DNA of 59,263 bases, counting the filler, from Pirum gemmata (Eukaryota): the NCBI GenBank assembly GCA_002812295.1. It is 8 parts of 8 records of this genome, joined end to end, with 100 filler letters (N's around TTAATTAATTAA, not from the genome) between each part and the next. Parts side by side here need not be neighbours in the genome. Positions count along the whole stretch, not along the records: positions 29,377 to 38,565 come from PDIN01000214.1; positions 38,666 to 45,464 come from PDIN01000215.1; positions 45,565 to 52,377 come from PDIN01000216.1; 5 more parts are not named here. One strand, 5' to 3'. A program made the position numbers and the translations under genes. Positions 38,219 through 50,122 of this stretch are shown piece by piece (positions within the stretch are counted from its first letter, which is position 1; every line of letters begins with the position of its first letter). Below the pieces are notes generated by a model. It had not been told where the DNA came from. It saw nothing but the letters and a program-made list of their open reading frames with translations, and made no database searches.

Positions 38219-38870
38219 GTTCTCACTGTTTTCTATGGAATCTTTTTTTGTCATTTTTACGTCATAAATGACGTGATGTATATGAGGGGTTTGGAGGATT
38301 GGTGACGGAAGTCACAGTCTCGGCCCACAGTCTCACAGGTAGCCACTGCAGGTAGCCAGTTGAGGTGTCAAACCTGAAATTGGTAAAAAAAAACCTGGAA
38401 TTTGTCCTAACGGTATCATAATATTATGAATTTATGATACATAGTAAAAAAAAATGATAATTTATTTTATTACTTAGTTATAAGTTAGCTAGATATACAT
38501 GTATAAGTTACATCATAATGATGCATTATAAATATATAGACTGTTTTTATGAACTGTGTTCCATTNNNNNNNNNNNNNNNNNNNNNNNNNNNNNNNNNNN
38601 NNNNNNNNNTTAATTAATTAANNNNNNNNNNNNNNNNNNNNNNNNNNNNNNNNNNNNNNNNNNNNTAATAATAATTAATAACAATAGCTGAATAAAGTTC
38701 GAAATAGTAGCATCAAACAACTAAGAGTTGGCTGGAGGAAGAATGTGGAGATATAAATTAAATAGATAAGGAATAAAGAGAGTATAGCCGAAAAGTAAAA
38801 TGAAAGAAAATAAAGCCGAAAAGTAAAACGAAAGAAAATAAAGCCAAAGACACGTATATAAAGTACATAC

Positions 38871-39829
38871 ATAAAGAACATTTAAATCCGTCAACCAATT
38901 AGAGATTGAAAACATTTGCGTTCCTCTGAAAGTTAACCAAACTGTTTTTTCAACATGACTGTGTCCAACAAAAGCAGCGGTATTTTTTGCTTCATTGTAT
39001 GCGTATTTTCCAACCGTAAAATCAGGTTCAATTCCAAAACTTGCATAGGAATCTTCTGCTCAAAATGTGAAAATTATATTCTTTAATAAGTAAAATTACT
39101 ACATAATAGAATAGTTTATGAGTTCAGATGTGAGCTTTGCGGCATATAATATATATATTCATTTTAACAGGGTAACTAAAAACTAACCTTTTGGATTGTG
39201 ATGACAAACAGTGCAATTAAAGTAAGGAATTAGATCACAAGGAGGGCAATAAACCGTTCTAGCTTTATTATAAGCACGCTCGACTATTTTTATGTTTTCC
39301 AAATCATTGTCATACTTTTCTTGAAGGGGGACTTGTATTTGATTAAGTAGAGGCTATATATATATATATAAGAATATCATCAGTAAGAAAAGAAAGAAAC
39401 TATAGTTAAATTTGAGCTTCATTTATCAAGGCATAAAGTTATGAGACCTATCGGTTCTTTCGCCTTTATCACACTATCGTTAGCATGAAAAGTTTAATTC
39501 TCAAGTATCATTATCGTTATCATTGTCAAGAGCAACTATAGCAATATGAGTATGATTTTGAGGAACAGCTATGATCATCAATAGCAATATCATATCATCA
39601 ATTAACATAAAACGTGTACCTTATAGTTTAGCAGTTCTACTTGTTGCCGTTCCATCCTTTCTCGTAAAAGTTTGTTGTTGATCATAATACTTTCACCATA
39701 CAAATCATCGCTGAACTTGTTTATGACTATCTGCTCTTGTTCTTGTCGTTGAATATGTAGAGTTAAGCTAACAGCAAATTTAAAGCTTGGAAAAGTAATA
39801 AAGACGAATAAAAGGGCTGCGACAATCAT
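38871..39829 (-). CDS. Secreted class-3 (fungal-type) lipase, first three exons; the rest is lost at the contig end
   Basis: GT-AG exons 39829-39620, 39353-39188 and 39055-38871 join in phase. They encode a signal peptide, ARTVYCPPCDLIPYFNCTVC and AAFVGHSHVEKTVWLTFRGTQMFSISNWLTDL (Lipase_3 FRGT...NWxTDL lid signature). The GHSLG motif is not in the window. Confidence 0.85.
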
Positions 39830-40369
39830 TTTGGAAGAAAATGAAAAATATTAAATATTAAAAAACGGAAGGTCTTATATTTTATAAATATAATGTTGGT
39901 GCTATTGAAATTAATATTATTGAAATTTTAATATTATATAAATAACTCTTTTAAAAGTCTATTTTTTACATATTATATCATATTATCATAATAGCTATCA
40001 TAATAGTAATGATTAGAAAAATTAAATAAATATATGAGACTCCTGTTAGGCAGTTTCGCACATAGTTCTCTCACTTTTAATTAAGTAGACCTACCCTAGC
40101 TAGCTACTAGTCTCATATGTTGAACCATAGTTTGTAGAGACTTTGTAGTCTAGTCTATCACATACACAGCCTCCACGTAAGCTTTTTTTTTTTCTTTAAA
40201 ATTTCGGTTAGCTAGTCTAGCTAGAATGACCAGGAGTTCAAGAAAAAAAAACTTTTTTTTTCTTGAACTCCTCCTTCCTTAGAAAGACCCCAGGAAAAAG
40301 AAATCTGCTTTCAGTAGCTAGCCTAGGACTAGTTAGCTATCATATGATAGAGTGTTAGTAGTATCGATT

Positions 40370-40520
40370 AACCTGGATCCGGAGGTATTGGGTTCGAATC
40401 CCCCCGACCAAGACGAAGACCGTCTATAAATACAACATAAAAGTCCAAATATCGTTGTCCCAATAACAACCAGTCGGGGTTTTCCAATAATTTCCCCACC
40501 TGTGAATCAAAAAAAATAAG
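40370..40520 (+). other. tRNA-derived fragment or SINE-like sequence
   Basis: B-box GGTTCGAATCCC at 40391 preceded by CCGGAGGT, with an A-rich end near 40510. No complete cloverleaf or clear A-box. Confidence 0.35.
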
Positions 40521-42675
40521 TAGATTGTTAGTATGATAGTAGCTATCAGATACTTATCAGATACTAGCTAGCTAGACTACTATGAATTATGATTGTGTTT
40601 GTACTGTTTGTACAAACATTTCAAGGAGTTCAAAAGTTTTTTTTTTTTCTTGAACTCTTGGTATTTTTTCTAGTAGTAGCCACGATAAGTCTACTAGCTA
40701 GCTACTAGCGAATTTGTCTATCGGACTAGCTAGTAGCTAGCTAGTATCATTAGTAGTATGTAGCTATCTGATATCTACTAGTAGCTATCAATGGGTGGGG
40801 TGCCACTGGGGGCCCTTGGGGGGGGGGTAGAGTTTTTTATAAATATCGATAATAGACCTAGTCTATTATACTATAAAAGAAAGAGTTTTTCATGAGTTTT
40901 TCATGGTTCTTGTGGCCGTGAGGCCCGTGATGGGTTTGCTGAATTTTTGTTGGGTATTTTTTTAATAAATAATCATACTATACTTGTTTTTTTAAAATAC
41001 TTGTAGATAGTATGATAATGTGATAACCTGTTGTTGTTGTTGTCGTCGCTGTTGCTGCTGCTGCCTGGCTAGTCTCTTCTAACCTTACTAGTCTATAGCG
41101 TACTATTTGTACTACCGGTATTTATCGATAGTTGTGTTGGTTAGTTTTTATTAGGGTTAGAGCTTTTCATTTATTATTATTGGGACTAGGGCACCGGTGT
41201 AATACCAATTTTGAGTTAACTAAGTTAGGGATAAATCCCTAACTAAATAAATCCCTAACTTTGTTAACCCAAAATTTCACTTGGTAAAGAGAATTATAAT
41301 AAATATCATAAATCGGGTTTTTCATTGTTGTCCTTCGAAAAATAATATATATCATAATTGTAACAAGCCAATTTACTTTTCAGAAAAATTAAATAAATAT
41401 ATAAATACAAGCAAGTACTTGAAGTCCTTGATAAATAATATCAAAAATGTTCTAGATAGACCAGCTAGCTAGCTAGCTAGTAGTATCCATTAGAAAGAGA
41501 ATCCGGACGAACCAGACTAGACAGACCGACCTTCTTGGAGCGATGCTTTGGAAAAATATCACAGAGAAGGGTTAGGACCTGGACTTAGGTCCAAGTTTAT
41601 AGGGAGCGTTCTCTAACTAAAAGCTCTAAAGACTCAAAAAGGTCTTCAAAAGACAAGCACGCAGATCATCTGATTCATCTCTACTCTACTATCGATTGCT
41701 TAGCTAGCTAGCTGTGGACTGTAGCTTAGCTAGTTAGCTCTAGCTACTAGCTAGCTAGCTATCATGATAGTAGTTCTAGCTCTAGCTAGCTATGATAGTG
41801 GTAGCTATCAGCTACAGCTATCATATCATACATACGTATGATATGATCATGAGGATCATGACAATAATTATGATAGTATGATTGATATAAGTATGATATA
41901 TCATATAAAAAACAATATAAAAGAAAACCTCAAAACAAAAACAGACAAAAAATACAACCGTTTCAAAATAAATAGGAAGAGATTATTAAAAATAGAAGAA
42001 TCAAAACAAAAAACTACCCAACATTTCTAAAAAGCTACATAATATGGATACTGACAGTATATGATACTAACCCAAAGAAAACCAACCCCCAAAGAATTTC
42101 CACCAGAAGCAACAGAAGATTTACAGAAGTCAAAACTAAAAATCTTTGTACATATGATATCATAGATAAACCAGCTATGCATAGCAGCATAGGACACTGA
42201 GCTAGCTACTAGCTAGGACAAACCAGTGACAAACCTGTTTACAAGCAGACTATGATGTTTATAGACTTTATATAGCTCTGGACTTTATAGACTATCATAA
42301 TATATAAGTGATAGACCCCCAGCCTAGTAGTAAACCAGGGACCAGGGGAAGGACTGTAGGACTGTAGTAGGATGTAGTAGGCTACTTTATGATAGCTATT
42401 GATATCATATATATTAGTTCGTGGAGGAATGAGACCCTTGACTCCCCCTACTAGCTAGTAGCTAGCTAGCTCGAGCTATCTAGATTTTAGAACTCAACAA
42501 CTAGCTAGAACAACTATAAACACCAAACGTGACCAAAGTTGTTTCGAATCGACTTGTTATCATATTATCTCACCTTTTATGGACAGAGGTATTATTACCT
42601 TATAATGATGTACGATTGAAAAGAAAGAACCCTTCAAACAAGCAGCTTTACAAGTTTAACATGATTGACATGTAG

Positions 42676-42719
<44 letters not shown>

Positions 42720-43055
42720 GGGACCACAAAAAAAAAAAAAAAATTGCAGCCCAGAGATTAAATCTACTGCTCCAGTTAGCTGATCCATATAGTCTATGGG
42801 CTGTCTATGATCGCTGTTTTTTTAGTTTTTTTTTTATGTATTTTCTTTCATTATGACATAAAGTTGAATAAACAACTTCAAAGTATTAGTGATTAACATA
42901 ATAATAATAATAATAATAAATGCAACAACTGAATAGTACAATATAATATAAACAGAATTGTTTATCATTCATTATTTCGTTTTTTTTTTAAAACATCAAT
43001 ATTTTTTATTTTTATAAACATCAACATCAACTTAAACATCAACAACAACATCAAC

Positions 43056-44376
43056 ATGACCATGAGTAATGTTACCGTACCTAAAAAATTATAATTTGGT
43101 AATACAGTGTGGGTGTCATGGATAAGTGTTAATCAATAGCATGCTGAACGTTGTTTTGGTAAAGATGCTAAAAACCAATATTGTCAAGGTATTATTGAGC
43201 AATCATTTTTCAAACAAAAGGACCCCCCAGCAAAGAAACAATGGTATGCTAAAGTTACGTTTCCATCTTATGGCAACAAAGTTAAAGAATTCCATACCAA
43301 AATGATCAAAGAAACCAATCCATCATTAACAACAACAACATCATCATCGTCAGTATCAACAACATTAACATCAGCAACATAACAATATCAGCAACAATAC
43401 CACCATCATCATCATCATTAACGTCAGTATTACCAACATCAACACCAACACTAACACCAACATCAACACCAACACCAACATCAACACCAACACCAACATC
43501 AACACCAACACCAACATCAACATCCACACCAACATCAACATCAACATCAACATCAACATCAACATCAACATCAACATCAACATCAACATCAACATCAACA
43601 TTAACATTAACATCATCATCAACAACTACGAATGTATATTAGCAAGAAGGTGAAATCACAGGAAGATGCTAAACAAGGTAGACCACCATATCCAGATTGG
43701 GTAGTTAATGGTTGTGGAACAAACTTTAAGCATGGCATAAACCAGGAATTTGATAAAATTTCTTACTTTTACACTATGTTTCCTATGTCTTATTTACCAA
43801 CAATTGTTGATTTGACAAATATTAATAAGAATTTTACAGCCCCAATTAATAAGTCAATATTTTAAATACAATGACCAAGTTGATCGCCATAACAGAAGAC
43901 GCCAAGACACTTTGGATATAGAGAAGAACTTAGAAGTCAAAGAGTGGAAAATGAGAGTGATTAGTTCTTTACTTGCAATTGGTATGTTGTTTGTTGATAG
44001 CTTCTTACTTTGCAGTAAAACGGCACCTTTCCCTAACACGCAAAAGAAGTTTATGAAAGGCTTAGCAAAGGAATTGATTTACAATAACTATGATGAGGTC
44101 CACACAAGAGGTGCATGCAATGTATTTGAAGCTCATGAGCAAAGAAGTGAACCTGTTGGTACTCTTGCATTACTGCCATCGAAAAATGTGAAAGACAGAC
44201 AAAAGAAAGAAAGGGATGCTTCAACAAGAAATACAACTGAAACAATAAGAAGAATGTATATTGTGGGTAGGTCAAAGAAAAGTGCTAATATTTGCAGTTT
44301 ATGTAATAAGTGTGGTACAAAGCAAAATGAACAATGTTTTAGAGCACATATCCAAGACCATACTATACAAAATTAA
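43056..44376 (+). pseudogene. Internally deleted piggyBac-like transposase
   Basis: YFYTMFPMSYLPTIVDLTN (N-terminal motif) abuts, in another frame, SQYFKYNDQVDRHNRRRQDTLDIEK...W...VDSFLL...KFMKGLAKELI and a Cys-rich tail (CSLCNKC...CFRAH). Most of the catalytic core is missing. The 5' part has stops and an (ACATCA)n expansion. Confidence 0.75.
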
Positions 44377-45949
44377 TAATATAATAATAATATATTAAAA
44401 TAATAATAATAAATAATATAACAAACTTATAACAATAACAATATTAATATTATTAATTAACTATATTATCCATGTTAACAATATTAATGTAAACAATATG
44501 ACATTGTGTACATTAACAAAATTAATTAACAATGTTAACACTGTTAACAACATTAATAACAGCAATAATAATGATAACATATAATACTGTATAATAAAAA
44601 TAGTGACAACAGTAACAATGTACCTTTCGAACAAGCATTTTTTTTTATTTTTTTGCAAAGTGGTAATAACAAACCAAGGACTTCAAATTGAAGTCCTTGA
44701 ACAAGCAAAAAAAGCTGCTGAGCTCGAAAATGATACTCATTTTTAGTGAGCATAATTTTTTTTTGGGGGGGGGGACCTGGGGGTAGACGGCGCCGGTCGA
44801 CAAAAAAAATTCAAAATCACGTATAGAGATATAATTGGGTAGAAATATATAAAATTATTAGTTAACCAATATAAATCATACATTTTTTCTATATATGGCA
44901 GCAGCGTTTCTGAAACTAGCCAAATTAGTCCCGTTAATGGAGAATTTTGCAGGAGAATTTTTTTTTTTTTTTTGTGAGCTCAAAATCTCAATGTACTAAA
45001 AAATTATATTATAAACCAATGGTCAGTTTTTAAAAATAATCCCTCTTTATCCTCATTTTTTCCTTTTATCTACCCCTTTTTCCCCCTTTTTCTATTTTCT
45101 TCTTGCCTTTTTCTTTTTTCTTGCTTTTTTTTGCTTTTTTACCCTTTTTCTATCTCTTACTCGTCCTTTATCTTATTCCCTCAACTTGCTTTTCCTCCAA
45201 TCTTTTTTTTCCTTTTTTCGCCTACTTTCTATCTCTCTTTTTCTTCCATTTTTACCCCTCTTTTCTTCTATTTTCCCCTTTTTTTCTCTATAAATTCTTT
45301 ATTTCCTTTTTTTTCTGCCTTTTTACCCCTCTTTTTTCCCCTCTTTTTATCTTTTCTTTTTTTCCTCTTCCTTATTTGTTTTCTTCTTTTTTTCCTTCTT
45401 TTTTCTCCTTTTTTTTGGTAATGGTACCATGCAGGGGGTATGTTGACGAAAGTCCCGAAACCACNNNNNNNNNNNNNNNNNNNNNNNNNNNNNNNNNNNN
45501 NNNNNNNNTTAATTAATTAANNNNNNNNNNNNNNNNNNNNNNNNNNNNNNNNNNNNNNNNNNNNTTATTATTATTATTATTATTATTATCAACGAAAAAC
45601 AACAATTTGCCTTGTATGAGTTTTCTTGTGAAATTAAGTGTAAACTTTATCTACATCTTCGGTATTAATAGACATTTAAAAAATAAAATAACAAGAAAAG
45701 TACAAATTATCGAAAATTTTATTTTATTATATATTAATAAAAGAAAATGATAAAAGTATCCGATAAGTCATATTTAATGTTTTTCAAATAAAAAAGGAAA
45801 AAATCTCAGGAAACAAAGATAATAGTAAAAAAAAACAAGTAAAAGTACGAAACTCCACCTACATTATATGGAGGTAACTTTCACAGTAGTTTAGTATAAA
45901 TCTTGTGTCACAATTAAAAAAATTTACTTTGAAACTTAAACTTCACAAT

Positions 45950-46002
<53 letters not shown>

Positions 46003-46143
46003 AAAAGAATAGCGAAATTACATCTCTTTGTGAAAATCAATGCTTGAAATCTGAAATGGAAAATTGCAGTCCTAATTTATTACAATCAGTTTTACGACTA
46101 TTGTTCAGATAAACAATGACGAGCATTAGTTTTAGATCCAAAA

Positions 46144-47736
46144 TTACCGTTCAGCCTCTTCCATTTCCTCTTCTTCTCCTTCTTCTCCTTCACTTTCACC
46201 ATCATCACCATCAAGGAACAAATCACCAATAGTAGCTTTCCAACCGTCCAAACCAAGCGCAAATTCTTCATCGGTAAGCAAAGCAGCATCTAGAGCATTT
46301 TGGATAGCCTTATGTTTTAAATCAATACCTATGAAAACAAGCTCTTGTCGTCTGTCCCCCCATGGAGCTTCGAAATCTTTTCTAAATTCAACACGAAGTT
46401 TTTCATCATCGTTAACATAAGCACGTGGATCTAAACAGGCCCATGGTCCAGGTGTTTCAATAGTAACCATATTTCCTGCTTGACCATAACAACCCATCAA
46501 ATCATGGGTATTTGCCATCCAAACAAAACCTTTACTACGGCATAAAACACCAAATTCATCATTACGGATTTTTTGTTTTTCTGCCGCTAAAGCTTGGCGT
46601 TCTTCTACAACTTGAGGATCTTCTTCTTTATTCTTAGATTCTTCTCTTTCGACGAAAACAAAAAATTGCTCTACGAAATTTTCATGAAAGCGCTGAGGAT
46701 GGAATGGTCTTCTGGCGTGGTAAAGAAAGGATGTCACCCCAAATCTAGAAGAGTGTCTGGTTTCTTGATTTTGTCTTGTTCCTAAAATAATTTTAGATTT
46801 ATCAGATTTGATAGTACGTTTAGATTTGCAACATGGAATTTCTCCTAATGCAATTTTCTCTTTACAGCAAGATTTTACTTCATCACCTTTCTTAAGTTTT
46901 TCTTGTGGTGAGTTAGAAAAATCAAAAGCGCCTTCTTCGTACATTTTTGTGTCTACAACGTTCATGACATCGATTTTACTATTTTGACTAGTTATAATTT
47001 TAGCTTTAGGATTCAATGCTGCTACGTGTTCTTGAATTTTTTGCATTTGTTCTTTAGTAACAAGATCAGCTTTGTTCAGGATGATGATGTTAGCATATTC
47101 TATTTGTTCAACCATCAATTGAGATAAAGTTTGGAATTCATCACGCTTTGCTATTTTACTGGTTTCAAAATTCAGAAAAAAATCGGCAGAGTCAATAACA
47201 GTGGCGCAGGTATCTAATCTGGCTAATTCACTAATTGGAGTTTTCTCTTTGTGTGCTTCTTCGTGGTCCATACCATCATGATCATCCTCGCACTTGGCGA
47301 ATACACTAGCTATCTCTGCAGGTTCAGAAACACCAGATGCCTCAACAATCATATAATCAAACTTTTTCATTTCTGCTAATTTTGAAATTTGATCTACCAT
47401 ATCGCTTTGAAGAGTACAACAAACACAACCATTTTGCATGGAAATTACTTCGTCACTTTGTACAAGTGCACTTTTATCAATCAAACTTTTGTCAATGTTT
47501 AATTCAGCCATATCATTGACAATTACTGCACATCGGAAAGGTTCATCGCCATTATGTTTGGTTTCCAAAATGTGTTGTAATAAAGTTGTTTTACCTGCAC
47601 CAAGAAAACCACAAAGAGTTGTGACTGGTAGTTTTCCCTCGACTACACGATCCTCTTGCTCAGGGGAAACTTTGGCTTTTTTATTTTGAACCATTTTGTC
47701 GACTATTTTACCTGACTTGCGTTTTAAATCTTTCAT
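46144..47736 (-). CDS. COG0523/CobW-family G3E GTPase (putative zinc metallochaperone), 530 aa, intronless
   Basis: Walker A GFLGAGKTT, IVNDMAE, GCVCC (CxCC), Walker B IVEASG, NKAD, and CobW_C motifs RPFHPQRF, RSKG and WGDRRQELVFIG. Confidence 0.95.
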   Translation of the reverse strand: MKDLKRKSGKIVDKMVQNKKAKVSPEQEDRVVEGKLPVTTLCGFLGAGKTTLLQHILETKHNGDEPFRCAVIVNDMAELNIDKSLIDKSALVQSDEVISMQNGCVCCTLQSDMVDQISKLAEMKKFDYMIVEASGVSEPAEIASVFAKCEDDHDGMDHEEAHKEKTPISELARLDTCATVIDSADFFLNFETSKIAKRDEFQTLSQLMVEQIEYANIIILNKADLVTKEQMQKIQEHVAALNPKAKIITSQNSKIDVMNVVDTKMYEEGAFDFSNSPQEKLKKGDEVKSCCKEKIALGEIPCCKSKRTIKSDKSKIILGTRQNQETRHSSRFGVTSFLYHARRPFHPQRFHENFVEQFFVFVEREESKNKEEDPQVVEERQALAAEKQKIRNDEFGVLCRSKGFVWMANTHDLMGCYGQAGNMVTIETPGPWACLDPRAYVNDDEKLRVEFRKDFEAPWGDRRQELVFIGIDLKHKAIQNALDAALLTDEEFALGLDGWKATIGDLFLDGDDGESEGEEGEEEEMEEAER

Positions 47737-47789
47737 TTCTATTATACAGTTGCAAAGAGTAACAATAGTATATATTAATGGGAATAGCC

Positions 47790-47822
<33 letters not shown>

Positions 47823-48640
47823 AATAATAATAATAATAATAATAATAAAGATTGTAATAATAATAAAGATGATGATAATAATAATAGTTATGTTCCCATT
47901 AACTAAATGTCAAATCTACTACAGGTTCTCCCCATATAAAATAGCTGACTAAAATAGTTCTGCCGCCGACAACTCTAACTAGCTAGCTATGATACTATCA
48001 TAGCTAGCTAGCTACACGCAGTAGCTAATAGCTTTTAATCAGCCATTATAGCTATACACTGCTATACGCAAGTTACAAACATGTAGACAGTATACTATCA
48101 GATAGTAGTCTCTGCCGTCATCAAGAACAACGTCAAAGAATGTAGATATTTCCATAATAAGATATAATTTCCAAAAAAAAAACCCCATCTGTCAGCTAGT
48201 TTGAGTAGACGCAGTGTAGACCCCTACCAGACAGTTAGTCCAGTCCAGTCACTGGTCCAGTAGTGTTTTATGATACACTATATATGTAGAACCAGACTTT
48301 TCTATATTATGATTTAGACCCTAGTAGTTCTACAATGGTTTTGCAGAATCGTATAATTTATCACATGATATTTAGGATCATCATAATAATAATAAATACT
48401 TATAATAAAAATAATAGTAATAGTAATAATAATAATTTTGATTTTGATTAAATAATCAAAAAAGTATAAAAACACACACAAAACAAAAAAAACAAAAAAA
48501 AACAAATAATAATATTAATAATAATAGCAACAGCAACAGCAATAGCAACGACATTACCAGCAATAACAACAACGTTACCAACAACAGCAATAGCAACATA
48601 GCTACAGCAGCAACTACATTATATACAAAAAAAAAAAAAA

Positions 48641-49405
48641 ATGTTTTTCAATAAAATTAATTTACTCTCATGCGCTACACTTTTGGTGGTGGTTGTATCT
48701 GTTAATTCCACAACCTTGGAACGTCGCGTAGCAACACTTGGTAGTACCGAGTGGGCAAATGAAAATTTAGAAGTATTGCGTAAAGATGAAGTTAACCCAA
48801 AAATCACAAAAGCAGTAGCCGAAAATAACATGGATCCTTTCCATTTTGGCAAAACAACTTTATTTGAAGATACTCAAAAAATTTTTAGTAAGGAAATCTC
48901 TTTTGTAATAACAGGAGAACAACTTCAAGGTATTAATGCTTTAGAAATCAAAGAAAACGGTCTTTATTTTGTCAAAGATGGTTTTGATATTGATCCTACT
49001 GTTATGCCGATGGCAATTGGAGGTATAGGGCAAGCGGTTGGAAGTCCGTTGGTAATCACAATTCCAATTAAAATCTTGGTAAATGATTTCACGAGTACAC
49101 CAAGAGTTGTAACTGGTACTGTGAAGACTACACTTGAGTTTCTTCTTGATTTTACTCTCTCTTCTAATCTAGCAGTTAGAGCACCATATGAATTTTCTAA
49201 TACAGAGATTCAATTAGATGATGTACGAACTACAATTTTTCCTAATTCAACTACAGTTAAAATCGATGATGCTGTGGTTGATTACTATGTTCAAGCATTC
49301 GAACCAGGAGAAGTTATCGAAAAAGATAAACAAAGTATTGAAAAAATGCTTGATGAGAAATTGAAGAAAATATTAACACCAGCCCTAGCTAATTTAAAGT
49401 TATAA
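48641..49405 (+). CDS. Secreted protein of unknown function, 254 aa, possibly TULIP/BPI/Takeout-like
   Basis: Signal peptide and a clean non-repetitive ORF. Helix-DP motif (MDPF), LQGINAL, amphipathic strands and a long C-terminal helix. The fold call is a guess. Confidence 0.7.
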   Translation: MFFNKINLLSCATLLVVVVSVNSTTLERRVATLGSTEWANENLEVLRKDEVNPKITKAVAENNMDPFHFGKTTLFEDTQKIFSKEISFVITGEQLQGINALEIKENGLYFVKDGFDIDPTVMPMAIGGIGQAVGSPLVITIPIKILVNDFTSTPRVVTGTVKTTLEFLLDFTLSSNLAVRAPYEFSNTEIQLDDVRTTIFPNSTTVKIDDAVVDYYVQAFEPGEVIEKDKQSIEKMLDEKLKKILTPALANLKL

Positions 49406-49464
49406 ATTCATCATTAATATTATGCTATCCTTATTATATATAATAAGCTTAAGATCTCGCACAG

Positions 49465-50122
49465 ACACTAGTACTATATATAGCGTGCTTGTTTTCTGAT
49501 TGTTAGATTTTGATAATTATAATTAGTTAATAACAATCAACTAAAGAACCAAAGACCTAGATAAAAGACTTATACTACGGACTTGAGATCTAGTCTGGGG
49601 CTTGGCAGTTTTGACAAGATTTACCTGATGCGTTTTTAACTTTGTTGTAGTCGCCTAATTAATATATTTTGTCTATTTATTTTATTATTTAGTGTTTAGG
49701 TTTTATATAGTTTCACTAATGTCATTCATTTTTGTATAAATACTAAATATTAATTAATCTGGAAATAAATAAAATTTATTCTTTGTAAAATTTATTATAG
49801 TCCAAATGCTCTAACAAAACTCAAATAAAAATAATTATTATAATTATTATAATTATTATAATTATTATAATTATTATAATTAATTTATAGTAATAATTAA
49901 TAATAATAATAAATAATGATAACAATGATAAAGCGCTCCTAATACATTTTGACTATTTATTTTATTATTTAGTGTTTAGGTTTTATAGTTTCACTAATGT
50001 CATTCATTTTTGTATAAATACTATGATAAATATTAAAATCTGGAAATAAATAAAATTTAGTCTTTGTAAAATTTATTACTGACACTAGCTAGTACTATAA
50101 ATAGCGTGCTTGTTTTCTGATT
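49465..50122 (+). repeat. Local duplication in two blocks
   Basis: ~49672-49798 recurs at ~49952-50078, and ~49465-49501 recurs at ~50081-50122. Confidence 0.85.

Noticed and set aside
45040..45416. Phe/Leu-rich membrane protein ORFs 45103-45516 and 45131-45421
   Set aside because: This is a polypyrimidine low-complexity tract that lacks stops by composition.
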